DNA of 64,000 nt. It comes from an uncultured Nitrososphaerota archaeon. Its GTDB lineage: Archaea; Thermoproteota; Nitrososphaeria; Nitrososphaerales; Nitrosopumilaceae. This document shows positions 42,848 through 51,029 of this stretch, piece by piece. Position numbers and translations under genes: made by a program. Position 1 is the first letter of the stretch. Every line of letters starts with the position of its first letter. The stretch is from contig OY969559.1 of assembly GCA_963701075.1 (NCBI GenBank), positions 672,001-736,000 on the forward strand, written 5' to 3'. The notes beneath the pieces were generated by a model. The model saw only the letters and a list, made by a program, of their open reading frames with translations, made no database searches and was not told where the DNA came from.

Positions 42848-43160
42848 ACTCTTAGAAAAAACCATCAAGGATGCAGTAGATGATGGAAAATGTTTCTTTG
42901 GAACCAAAGAAGCTTTGAGTTCTATTAAAAACTCTAAATTAATTGTACTTTCACGTTCGATTCCGTCATCAATGACGCAAAAGATAGTTGAAGCTGCAAA
43001 GAGTGCCAAAGTGCCAACTCTAAATTATAATGGTTCATCAGTAGAACTAGGTAGACTGTGTGGTACACAGTTTCGAATTTCGGCAGTATCGCTAAAAACT
43101 CTAAGTGATACTAATCTTAAAGCTATTATAAAAGATGCAGAAACAGAGAAGCAAGCATAA
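42840..43160 (+). CDS. rpl30e: 50S ribosomal protein L30e
   Basis: GSSVELGRLCG motif; canonical operon position. Confidence 0.9.
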   Translation: MVKLLEKTIKDAVDDGKCFFGTKEALSSIKNSKLIVLSRSIPSSMTQKIVEAAKSAKVPTLNYNGSSVELGRLCGTQFRISAVSLKTLSDTNLKAIIKDAETEKQA

Positions 43161-43230
43161 ATGTCTTGTTTTTCTCAAACCGTCTATCAAGATTTAAATG
43201 TCCCCCAAAGAGATCGAGTTTAAAAAAGGT

Positions 43231-43689
43231 ATGACAGAGACAATCAAACTAACAACAGATCAAATAAAACTAATGTCACTTTTTCAAAATGTGACTGGTG
43301 CAACAGCAAGAGACTGCATCGAAGATGAAAAGCAAGACAGAGTGATTTTTGTAGTAAATCAAGGCAAGATGGGTCTTGCAATAGGAAAAGGAGGTTCTAC
43401 AATAAGAAACCTACAAAATGTAGTGAAAAGAAATGTCGAACTAGTTGAATATTCTGAAGATCCTGCAGAGTTTCTAAAAAATATGTTAAATCCAAAATTA
43501 ATATCAGAAGTTAAGCTAAACAAAAGATTGGATGGCTCTCTTCAAGCAATTGTTCTTGTTGATGCAAAGAAGAAAGGCATAGTGGTAGGCAGAGAAGGTA
43601 GAAATGCTGAAAAGGCAAGATTGCTTGCAAAAAGATATTTTCAAATCTCAAGTGTATTAATACAAAGTCCTGAAAAAATAATGGAGTAA
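43231..43689 (+). CDS. nusA: NusA-like transcription factor
   Basis: Two KH motifs (AIGKGG, VVGREG); operon position. Confidence 0.93.
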   Translation: MTETIKLTTDQIKLMSLFQNVTGATARDCIEDEKQDRVIFVVNQGKMGLAIGKGGSTIRNLQNVVKRNVELVEYSEDPAEFLKNMLNPKLISEVKLNKRLDGSLQAIVLVDAKKKGIVVGREGRNAEKARLLAKRYFQISSVLIQSPEKIME

Positions 43690-43695
43690 TGGATA

Positions 43696-44133
43696 ATGGC
43701 AAAATCACCCCTTGGTCTATTTGCAGGAAGAGTTCTTAGAGATAAAAGAAAGAGACAAAGATGGTCTATTGGAACTTACAAGAGAAGACAACTCGGACTG
43801 GATAAAAAGGCAAGCCCTCTTGGAGGAGCGCCTCAAGCCCGCGGCATTGTACTGGAAAAAGTAGGAATTGAAGCTAAACAACCCAACTCTGCTGTGAGAA
43901 AATGTGTACGTGTTCAACTCATAAAGAACGGTAAGACTGTAACTGCATTTCTTCCAAAAGACGGAGCGCTAAATTTTGTTGATGAACACGATGAGGTGCA
44001 CGTAGAAGGAATGGGTGCATCTATGGGTGGAGCAATGGGAGATATTCCTGGAGTAAGATGGAAAGTATTCAAGGTAAACGGCACTTCACTTAAAGAACTA
44101 GTTTACGGTAAGAAAGAAAAACCGAGAAGATAG
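43696..44133 (+). CDS. rps12: 30S ribosomal protein S12
   Basis: [15 protein letters not shown] and GDIPGVR motifs. Confidence 0.97.
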   Translation: MAKSPLGLFAGRVLRDKRKRQRWSIGTYKRRQLGLDKKASPLGGAPQARGIVLEKVGIEAKQPNSAVRKCVRVQLIKNGKTVTAFLPKDGALNFVDEHDEVHVEGMGASMGGAMGDIPGVRWKVFKVNGTSLKELVYGKKEKPRR

Positions 44134-44135
44134 AA

Positions 44136-44735
44136 ATGACTGAAACACAGAATCTTTTACTTTTTAGAAAATGGGATACCTCCAAAATTGAGATTAAAGA
44201 TCCAGGTCTGAGAAATGTCATCTCGCTAAAAAAAGAGATAATCCCAATATCCTTTGGCCGTTCCGCACTGAAGCGATTTAACAAAGCTGAGGTCAACATA
44301 ACTGAGAGACTTGTAAACAAGTTATCTCATTTTGGAAAAAAATATGCAAAGAACACTGGCAGAATGGGTGGAAAAAAGATTCACGCTATAAATACAGTCA
44401 AGACGGCATTTGAAATCATGCATCTTAAAACAGGAAAGAATCCTGTTGAAGTCTTGATAAGAGCAGTAGAACACTCAGCTCCAAACGAAGATACTACAAG
44501 AATAGTTTACGGTGGAACCGTATATCATGTTTCAGTAGATGTTGCTCCTCTTCGAAGAATTGATCTTGCTCTTAGATTCATAGCAGAAGGGGTAAGGGAT
44601 GCAACATTTTCAAATCCAAAGGCGATAGAGGAAAACCTTGCAGAGCACTTGATACTTGCCGCTGCAAACGACATGAACGCACCTTCTGTTAAAAAGAAGA
44701 ATGAGTGAGAAAGAATTGCAATGGCCTCTAGGTAG
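44136..44735 (+). CDS. rps7: 30S ribosomal protein S7 (in-frame TGA at 44706-44708, probably a base-call error)
   Basis: VDVAPLRRID motif. The frame continues NE*ERIAMASR*, matching the conserved S7 end. Confidence 0.94.
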
Positions 44736-44755
44736 AAGAGTTTTAAAAAATAAGA

Positions 44756-44859
44756 TAGCCCGAGGCAGATTCGAACTGCCGTCTCCAGGTGTCCTCTCGT
44801 AAGATCCAGAGCCTGGAATCCCTAGCCCAAAAATTGTTTGGCCACTAGACTATCGGGCT
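44756..44859 (-). tRNA. tRNA-Gln(CTG) with two introns (~16 nt in the D-arm, 15 nt at 37/38)
   Basis: Reverse complement: AGCCCGA-TA-GTCTAGTGGCCAA[ACAATTTTTGGGCTAG]GGAT-T-CCAGG-CT-CTG-G[ATCTTACGAGAGGAC]A-CCTGG-AGAC-GGCAG-TTCGAAT-CTGCC-TCGGGCT-A, giving a 73-nt mature tRNA. Confidence 0.9.
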
Positions 44860-44887
44860 ACCAAAACGAGTGGTATAAGTTGAGAAT

Positions 44888-45325
44888 ATAATTATTAGGT
44901 TTTACGGTCTGTCCTACGCCTGTAAAGTCAGAAACACCCTGACATTACACCTGACATTATGATTTCAACTGATTTTAAACAGTTTTCATTGAAATAAACT
45001 GTTTAAACTCAGTTCATGATTTTAAACTAAAAATTTGAACTAGTTTAAACGCACGCACGAAATTTGTTGAAATGTACTTTAAACACTTTTTCTACACTTT
45101 CATGAGTAGAAAATTTGTTTAAACTTGTTTTTCTACGAGTAGAAATGGGCAAGAAAGAGTGTATCACCTGTTTTCCAATCTGAACTGACTTTAAACACTG
45201 TTTAGCACTTTAAACTTACGGCTAATACTTTGAACTTGACGTTAATCTGTAAACTGTTCATGAATTTAATTTTAAACTAGCAAGTGTAATTTTTGACGCA
45301 CGAAATTTAGAAAAAACAGGAAACT
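44888..45325 (+). repeat. Left non-coding palindrome-rich element (inverted homologue of 58350-58765)
   Basis: 45227-45280 matches the reverse complement of 58396-58449 at 44/54 positions without gaps. GCACGCACGAA and paired GACATTA motifs are shared. Confidence 0.85.
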
Positions 45326-45501
45326 AGGAAAGTCGTGCGTAAGAAACTAGGAAAAACTAAGAAATTGCTATGTGAGAAGATGATGGTGTTACTAGATAGT
45401 TTCCTAGTTTGGAAATTTCCAAACTTTCCTTGGAAAGTTTCCTTGACAGGAAAAATTCATGCCAACTTGAAATTATGGAAAGGTACAAGTCAAGAAAGTC
45501 C

Positions 45502-45939
45502 CTAGTTTTCCATCATACAATTATTGATATGGAAGGTATCTAATACCAATCCCAGTCGTGCTGTCAAGTGATAATCATATGTCAGATGGGGCAAGCGAAC
45601 ATTTTTCCCTACTCCAAGACACTCGAAATCTTTGTGTGTTGCTAGGCGTCCCAACAACAAACCTGGCACGTTTGTGTGTGGAAAGCCTCTTAACTTTTCA
45701 TGTTGTGTTTTGTTTAGATCGCCCATGGCAATAGACGCATAGCCTATAACATTCACATTTTTGTAGACAAACACCCATGTTTGAGCAATCATATTCCTTT
45801 GGTCATCACATGCTTCTTTTTTGATATAATCTTCATAGATTTTATTACTACATTTGAAATCCTTGATATCGAATAGATTTTCTTCTAAACGATAAACCTC
45901 AACTTCCGTATCTAAATTAATTGAAGTGACTTTAGACAT
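45502..45939 (-). pseudogene. GNAT acetyltransferase toxin (TacT/AtaT-like), C-terminally truncated near 45600
   Basis: DFKCSN..YEDYIK and VPGLLLGRLATHKDFECLGVGK motifs, after which similarity stops in all three frames. Confidence 0.75.
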
Positions 45940-45949
45940 GAAAAATTAA

Positions 45950-46093
45950 TTATCTATGTACTTTTAACTTTGATCCGCTTTTCACGGCATCTTGAATTAT
46001 CCTTATTTTTTCTGAGGTTGGTTCTTTCTTAAGCTCCGCTACAAATTCGCTCCATTCTTCATTATCCAATGGTTGGACTTCTCGCAATGCCAT
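45950..46093 (-). CDS. 47-aa putative antitoxin (resembles the DUF1778 C-terminal half)
   Basis: MALREVQPLDNEEWSEFVAELKKEPTSEKIRIIQDAVKSGSKLKVHR*, ending 10 nt upstream of the GNAT start. Confidence 0.6.
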   Translation of the reverse strand: MALREVQPLDNEEWSEFVAELKKEPTSEKIRIIQDAVKSGSKLKVHR

Positions 46094-46755
46094 GTTACTA
46101 ATATGTATACATATTATTTGATTTTTGTGTAAATAGTATACTGTATACTGTACTTGGATGCATTTTGTATGGCAAACTTACCTATGTGTCTTTTTCGATA
46201 ATCAACCATTTACCTTCTGCTTAATGGTTAGGCAATTGAAAGGTGTTTTACTCTGACTCGTCAAGAGGGCATAGATGAGGGCAATATTTGAAAAATTCTC
46301 TCATTTCCTGATCATAGATGTCTTTTGGTATGGTGGCCATTCCTTTTCCATCTAAAGATGGTTTAAAACGCATGATGTATTCTTGTCATAACGATTACCT
46401 CTGTATTTTTCCAACATTTTTTGAGTGAACATGTTGAGCATATGAGTTTGTTGGTCATGTTCTGCTTGGATTTTACGCATCAAGTCATCAATCATGACTG
46501 TTATTTTGGTTTCGAAATTGATAAGGTTTGTTGCTAATTACAAAATTCGAATTCAAGGGAAATAATGAATCATAGAATAGGATAAAGATCCAATGCGACG
46601 ACGAAGAAAAAATAACGGAATATCTGAAAATGAGGTTGAGGTCGGTGGAGTGATTGAAGTGGATCTTAGACAGTTGACTGCACAGGATGAAAATTAATCC
46701 AATAACTTAACTTAACTGATATAAAATTTAACTAGAGGCGATCCTTACAGAAAAT

Positions 46756-46878
46756 ATGGATGGTGAGTATACATGTGGCTGTTTCGTCTGCGGGAAATTA
46801 TTCTTTGAGGAAGATGATTGCACGGAACATATGCAAACGGAACACGGCGGTAGAAGAAAGGATCAGCCTAACTTTTGA
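46756..46878 (+). CDS. 40-aa C2H2 zinc-finger microprotein
   Basis: MDGEYTCGCFVCGKLFFEEDDCTEHMQTEHGGRRKDQPNF*, with the pattern CxxC-x3-F-x8-H-x4-H. Confidence 0.7.
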   Translation: MDGEYTCGCFVCGKLFFEEDDCTEHMQTEHGGRRKDQPNF

Positions 46879-46879
46879 A

Positions 46880-47167
46880 TCATATGTCAACACCATTATA
46901 TCTTCTACATAGCCAAGTTTTCCTTTCTTGAACGATGTTAGACTTTGATGATTTCGAAGGATCTGGGTATTCTAATTTTAATATTCTATGTTTTGAATCA
47001 AACGCCATTTTTAGTAGTATTAATGCCCCAACTCCCATCAAAAATAATCCAGAAAGAAATAGACTACCAATTGCACCTGTAGTATCATTTTGGTACCTGA
47101 GTACAATCGTTGAAACAATCATACCAAAACCAGTGGCAAGTACAGCAGCTCCAACCGCGGTTTCCAC
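46880..47167 (-). CDS. Small membrane protein (2 TM); may be the frameshifted C-terminus of the PH-domain ORF
   Basis: Two hydrophobic helices; the frame is open upstream into the end of 47191-47541. Confidence 0.5.
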   Translation of the reverse strand: METAVGAAVLATGFGMIVSTIVLRYQNDTTGAIGSLFLSGLFLMGVGALILLKMAFDSKHRILKLEYPDPSKSSKSNIVQERKTWLCRRYNGVDI

Positions 47168-47190
47168 GCCTGAGCGTATTCCTTCAATCG

Positions 47191-47541
47191 TTAAGCGTTT
47201 TTGAATCTAAATATTTTTTCTCCTACATCTTTTGGAAAATTGTCTACCTCGACATTATCTGAAAGAAATCTCATCTTTGGTATAACGCCGGATCTGATTA
47301 TTCCTCGCTTTAGATGTACATTTGCAATGTCTGTATATCTATAATCTTCTAGATTTTTTCGCAAACCTAGGGTAGTAGGTCTTTTCACTATTACTCGTTG
47401 AGAAGTAATAAAGATAGTTTCTGGATTTATCAGCGAGGCAGATCTATCTGTCTCTGCTGAAAGTAGAACTTTCTCATTGAATTGCAATAATCTCTTGACA
47501 TCATCTGGTACTTCGATTTCCTTTCCAGTAAAGAAACTCAT
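47191..47541 (-). CDS. Bacterial-type PH (bPH) domain protein
   Basis: EKVLL, IFITSQRVI and YRYTDIANV pattern. Confidence 0.72.
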   Translation of the reverse strand: MSFFTGKEIEVPDDVKRLLQFNEKVLLSAETDRSASLINPETIFITSQRVIVKRPTTLGLRKNLEDYRYTDIANVHLKRGIIRSGVIPKMRFLSDNVEVDNFPKDVGEKIFRFKNA

Positions 47542-47611
47542 TTGCTGGCTATCTCAGTGCATAGTAATAGAAAAGGGTTAGGGTAGTATTTTGGCAGTTT
47601 TGATAAATTTT

Positions 47612-48991
47612 TCAACTGCATGTGTAAGATGCTACAAGATTCACATTCTTTGTCGAAATCGTCGAGTAGGCATTGGACAATATCAGATAGTATTGTCCGG
47701 AAGACAGACCAATGTTCAATGTCCCTAAAGCTACCTTGCCGCTATTGTAATACGTATAGGGAGAGCCACCTGACTGGAACTGCCTAAACCCAGTAGAATC
47801 AACCACATATACAATGATGTTATTTCCAAGTGAGGCTTGTGCAGAAAACTCTCCGGTTACAGTTCCAGAACACTGCATGTTAAATGGAATGTAGGTATAG
47901 GTATGGGGACCAACCTGATACACAGAATTTGCTATGAGAAAGCTAGGCACTTGAGAATTGGAAGGATTGGGGTTGATTGCACTGACTGGATTTTTTTGTC
48001 CTGCTAGTTCTAGTTGTTGTGATAGAGATGGGTTTTGGTTTGATGTCAGAGTTGATTGGTATGCATTTACCTGAATTGAAATATCTTCACTTCTTGCGCT
48101 AGAATATCCAGAACCTCCTTGGAATATTGCATAGATGTTGGCAGTGTTGCTAGTTGCAGGCTTTGTTGCAGTCCAAGTCACACTAAACTGGCCATTTGAA
48201 TCAGTATATGACGAACCTAAAATTACATCTGGAGCAAGGGTGATGTCTCTTTGAACATCAACCGTCTGGTTTAGAATGCCGTTACCATTTGAATCGGTTA
48301 ACCGTCCTGAGAATGTCACTGTTTGACCTTGTGAAACAGTATAAGCTGATGACTGTATGTTGATGCTTGTCCCTACTAATGGAGAAGACGGGTTAGAGTT
48401 GTTTGAATATCCTGAATTCTGTGAGCTTCCAAAAATGTGGCTTTTCAATTCATTAACTACATTTACTTGTCTTGTGGATTCAAATGGTACTGGAACAGAA
48501 AGCCCCAAGAAGTTAAAGTATGCAGTACCGCTTACCTTGAAATTTATCACGCCGCCAGATTCTACTATTGAAGCAACAGCGGGTTTTATGCTGCTAAACT
48601 GAATATCCTGGTTGTCCTCAATGCTTTTTGTTTCGCCCGGATTGATTGTTTCGTCTATGTGACTCTGGCCTTGTCCCACCTTTACATCATTTATCAAGAG
48701 ATCATATGATACATCTGGGATGTAGACTGGAAAAAATCCATGGTTACTTAGAGCAAATCCTAGTCCCAGTTTGACTCCAGTTATCAGATCAAGTGCAGCC
48801 CCAAGCCAATTTTGCAATAGAGCATTGATACCTGCTTTAACAAGGGATCCTTGAGTTAGGGAGACGTCAAGACTTTGATATGATATGTTTTCAAGACTGA
48901 TCTGAATCTGAGTATAAGAATATGCAATCAGGCCAAGTATAATTCCAACAATTGCTACAGCTATGATTGCAGCAATAACCCCCGTCTTCAT
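47612..48991 (-). CDS. Membrane-anchored multidomain protein (LEA-2/WHy-like + Ig-like + GOLD-like)
   Basis: N-terminal TM; SNHGFFPVYIPDVSYDLLIND; VTFSGRLTD...TDSNGQFS; YYNSGKV...GQYYLILSN. Confidence 0.7.
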   Translation of the reverse strand: MKTGVIAAIIAVAIVGIILGLIAYSYTQIQISLENISYQSLDVSLTQGSLVKAGINALLQNWLGAALDLITGVKLGLGFALSNHGFFPVYIPDVSYDLLINDVKVGQGQSHIDETINPGETKSIEDNQDIQFSSIKPAVASIVESGGVINFKVSGTAYFNFLGLSVPVPFESTRQVNVVNELKSHIFGSSQNSGYSNNSNPSSPLVGTSINIQSSAYTVSQGQTVTFSGRLTDSNGNGILNQTVDVQRDITLAPDVILGSSYTDSNGQFSVTWTATKPATSNTANIYAIFQGGSGYSSARSEDISIQVNAYQSTLTSNQNPSLSQQLELAGQKNPVSAINPNPSNSQVPSFLIANSVYQVGPHTYTYIPFNMQCSGTVTGEFSAQASLGNNIIVYVVDSTGFRQFQSGGSPYTYYNSGKVALGTLNIGLSSGQYYLILSNAYSTISTKNVNLVASYTCS

Positions 48992-49091
48992 GCCTAGTTC
49001 ATTCCGGTACAACTAGATAAATAAGATCATAATTCAAATCTAGAGAAAATCTACAGTTTTTCAAAGATTCTTGCTATGAGAAATGTCACAA

Positions 49092-49361
49092 TCACTTTCT
49101 TGAAAATGGAGCAAGTGATTTTTCTCTCAACCCAAAAATTAGAATTGGTATTCCAATTATTACTATACAAAGAGAAATCAAACGGAATAATAGCCAATTT
49201 GAATAATTGCCAGAACATTCGTGAGATGTAAAAGGTTGAGTAGAATCTATCTGACAAGTTGGAATAAACATGTGTAACACCAGCAAATTATTCTGGGGTA
49301 TGGACAAAATCGAGCCAACAACAATCATTGCAATGCCTGCCACAACTTTTAGTTTATTCAT
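49092..49361 (-). CDS. Small 2-TM membrane protein with a Cys pair in the loop
   Basis: Two hydrophobic helices flanking TCQ...HECS. Confidence 0.6.
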   Translation of the reverse strand: MNKLKVVAGIAMIVVGSILSIPQNNLLVLHMFIPTCQIDSTQPFTSHECSGNYSNWLLFRLISLCIVIIGIPILIFGLREKSLAPFSRK

Positions 49362-49489
49362 ACTCTCAACTAGAACAATTTTTGATAATTAGGTTTGTGG
49401 AACAATCTTACAGTGGGAATCTACACCAGTTTTTTAAAGTTTGAAAAGTGGATAATTATATATTTTGAGACCTCCGGGAAGTTATTACG

Positions 49490-49900
49490 ATGAACCCATC
49501 CGAACAAATTGACAAACGGATCGCAGAACTAGCAGATTGGCGTGGCGATGTGCTTGCCAAACTTCGTAAAATCATCCATGATGCTGATCCAAAAGTGATC
49601 GAGGAATGGAAATGGATGGGAACCCCAACCTGGTCGCATGATGGGATATTCGTGATAGTAAATGCGCACAAAGACAAGGTGAAGATGACTTTTTCTCACG
49701 GCGCAAGTCTTCCAGATCCCGAGAAGGTCTTCAACGCGGGACTAGATGGTAACAAATGGCGCGCGATCGATTTCCATGAGGGCGACAAGATTAATGAACG
49801 TGCTTTGAAAAATTTCATCCGCTCGGCTATTGCGCTCAATACTGCTGCCTTGAAAAAGAAAACTTTCAAGACCCGACCTAAAGCAAAGAAAAAATCGTAA
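49490..49900 (+). CDS. DUF1801 (YdhG-like) protein
   Basis: LADWRG, EEWKWMGTPTW and GASLPDP..FN motifs. Confidence 0.88.
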   Translation: MNPSEQIDKRIAELADWRGDVLAKLRKIIHDADPKVIEEWKWMGTPTWSHDGIFVIVNAHKDKVKMTFSHGASLPDPEKVFNAGLDGNKWRAIDFHEGDKINERALKNFIRSAIALNTAALKKKTFKTRPKAKKKS

Positions 49901-49944
49901 CTAGGGCGGTTAAGCAAAAAGATAATTACTAAATCATAAGGCTT

Positions 49945-49980
49945 ATATTCCTATAAAGGAATATTCCTGTAGAGGAATAT
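49945..49980. promoter_or_regulatory. Two overlapping palindromic operators ATATTCCT-N4-AGGAATAT
   Basis: Located at 49945-49964 and 49961-49980, directly upstream of the ArsR start at 49988. Confidence 0.8.
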
Positions 49981-49987
49981 TAAATTC

Positions 49988-50347
49988 ATGAAAGCTACCC
50001 TAAGTGCATTAAGTGTACTGGCAGAACCTAATCGTTTACATATTGTTGAACTTTTGCGTGATGGGCCACGACCAGTTGGAGATATTGTCAATAGACTCCG
50101 ATTACACCAACCACAAGTCTCCAAACATCTACACGTGTTAAGTAATGCTGGATTAGTCGAGATGCATCCAGTTGCGCAGCAACGGATCTACAAACTTCGT
50201 CCAGAACCACTCAAAGAGTTAGACACATGGCTGGAATCATATCGTAGCATTTGGAATGAGAAACTTGATCGACTGGATGATTATCTTATCAAACTACAAG
50301 AAAATGAAATGAAACAGAGAGGAAAGAAACATGGCAGAAAAAAATAG
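49988..50347 (+). CDS. ArsR/SmtB family regulator
   Basis: LAEPNRLHIVELL and QPQVSKHLHVLSNAGLV motifs. Confidence 0.92.
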   Translation: MKATLSALSVLAEPNRLHIVELLRDGPRPVGDIVNRLRLHQPQVSKHLHVLSNAGLVEMHPVAQQRIYKLRPEPLKELDTWLESYRSIWNEKLDRLDDYLIKLQENEMKQRGKKHGRKK

Positions 50348-50849
50348 TACCAACACAGGAACATCGGATAGAGAACTCACTATCACACGAATATTTGATG
50401 CTCCACGTGAGCTAGTGTTCAAGGCTTGGACTGACCCAAAGATAATTGCAAAATGGTGGGGTCCAAGAGGCGTAACAAATCCTGTTTGTGATCTGGCTGC
50501 GCGACTTGGTGGCTCTATCCACATTGTTATGTTGGCAGGTAAAGACCTTGGCGACCTAGAAGGACAAAAGTGGCCCATGAAAGGAATCTTCAACGAAATC
50601 ATTCCGCCCAAGCGCATTGTTTTCACCTCTTCTGCAATAGAGGATGAAGACGGCAACCCACAACTCGAGAATAAAGTTACAATAATGCTTGAGGATTTTG
50701 GAGGAAAGACGAAAATGATACTACATATAGTCGTGACCAAGGCAGGGCCGGGAACAGAAGGACCGCTTTCTGGAATGGAGATGGGCTGGAATCAGAGCAT
50801 CGATAAGCTCGGGGAAGAGCTGGGAAAACGCGTTATTAGCACAGGTTGA
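50331..50849 (+). CDS. SRPBCC/AHSA1 domain protein
   Basis: ITRIFDAPRELVFKAWTDP...WWGP and GWNQSIDKL motifs. Confidence 0.92.
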   Translation: MAEKNSTNTGTSDRELTITRIFDAPRELVFKAWTDPKIIAKWWGPRGVTNPVCDLAARLGGSIHIVMLAGKDLGDLEGQKWPMKGIFNEIIPPKRIVFTSSAIEDEDGNPQLENKVTIMLEDFGGKTKMILHIVVTKAGPGTEGPLSGMEMGWNQSIDKLGEELGKRVISTG

Positions 50850-51029
50850 AAACTCTACTTAACGTATAAAAATACTAAAGGAGTTTTTCAGCCTTCAAAG
50901 GCATAGGTTTAGGGAGTTTAAGAGAGTTTAAAACAGGCTTAGACTTTTGTCAGAGATAAAAAAAGCAGTTTGGTTGCAAATATCTTTATAATTTAGATTG
51001 TTAATCCGGTACCTAAACAGGAATATGAT

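Noticed and set aside
44706-44708. In-frame TGA in rps7 as selenocysteine or readthrough
   Set aside because: The position is normally Leu, not Cys. GAGTGA versus the expected GAGCTA fits the AGCT error pattern.
44888-45510. CRISPR array in the repetitive non-coding DNA (also 58350-58785)
   Set aside because: No constant 24-40 bp repeat with regular unique spacers, and no cas genes.
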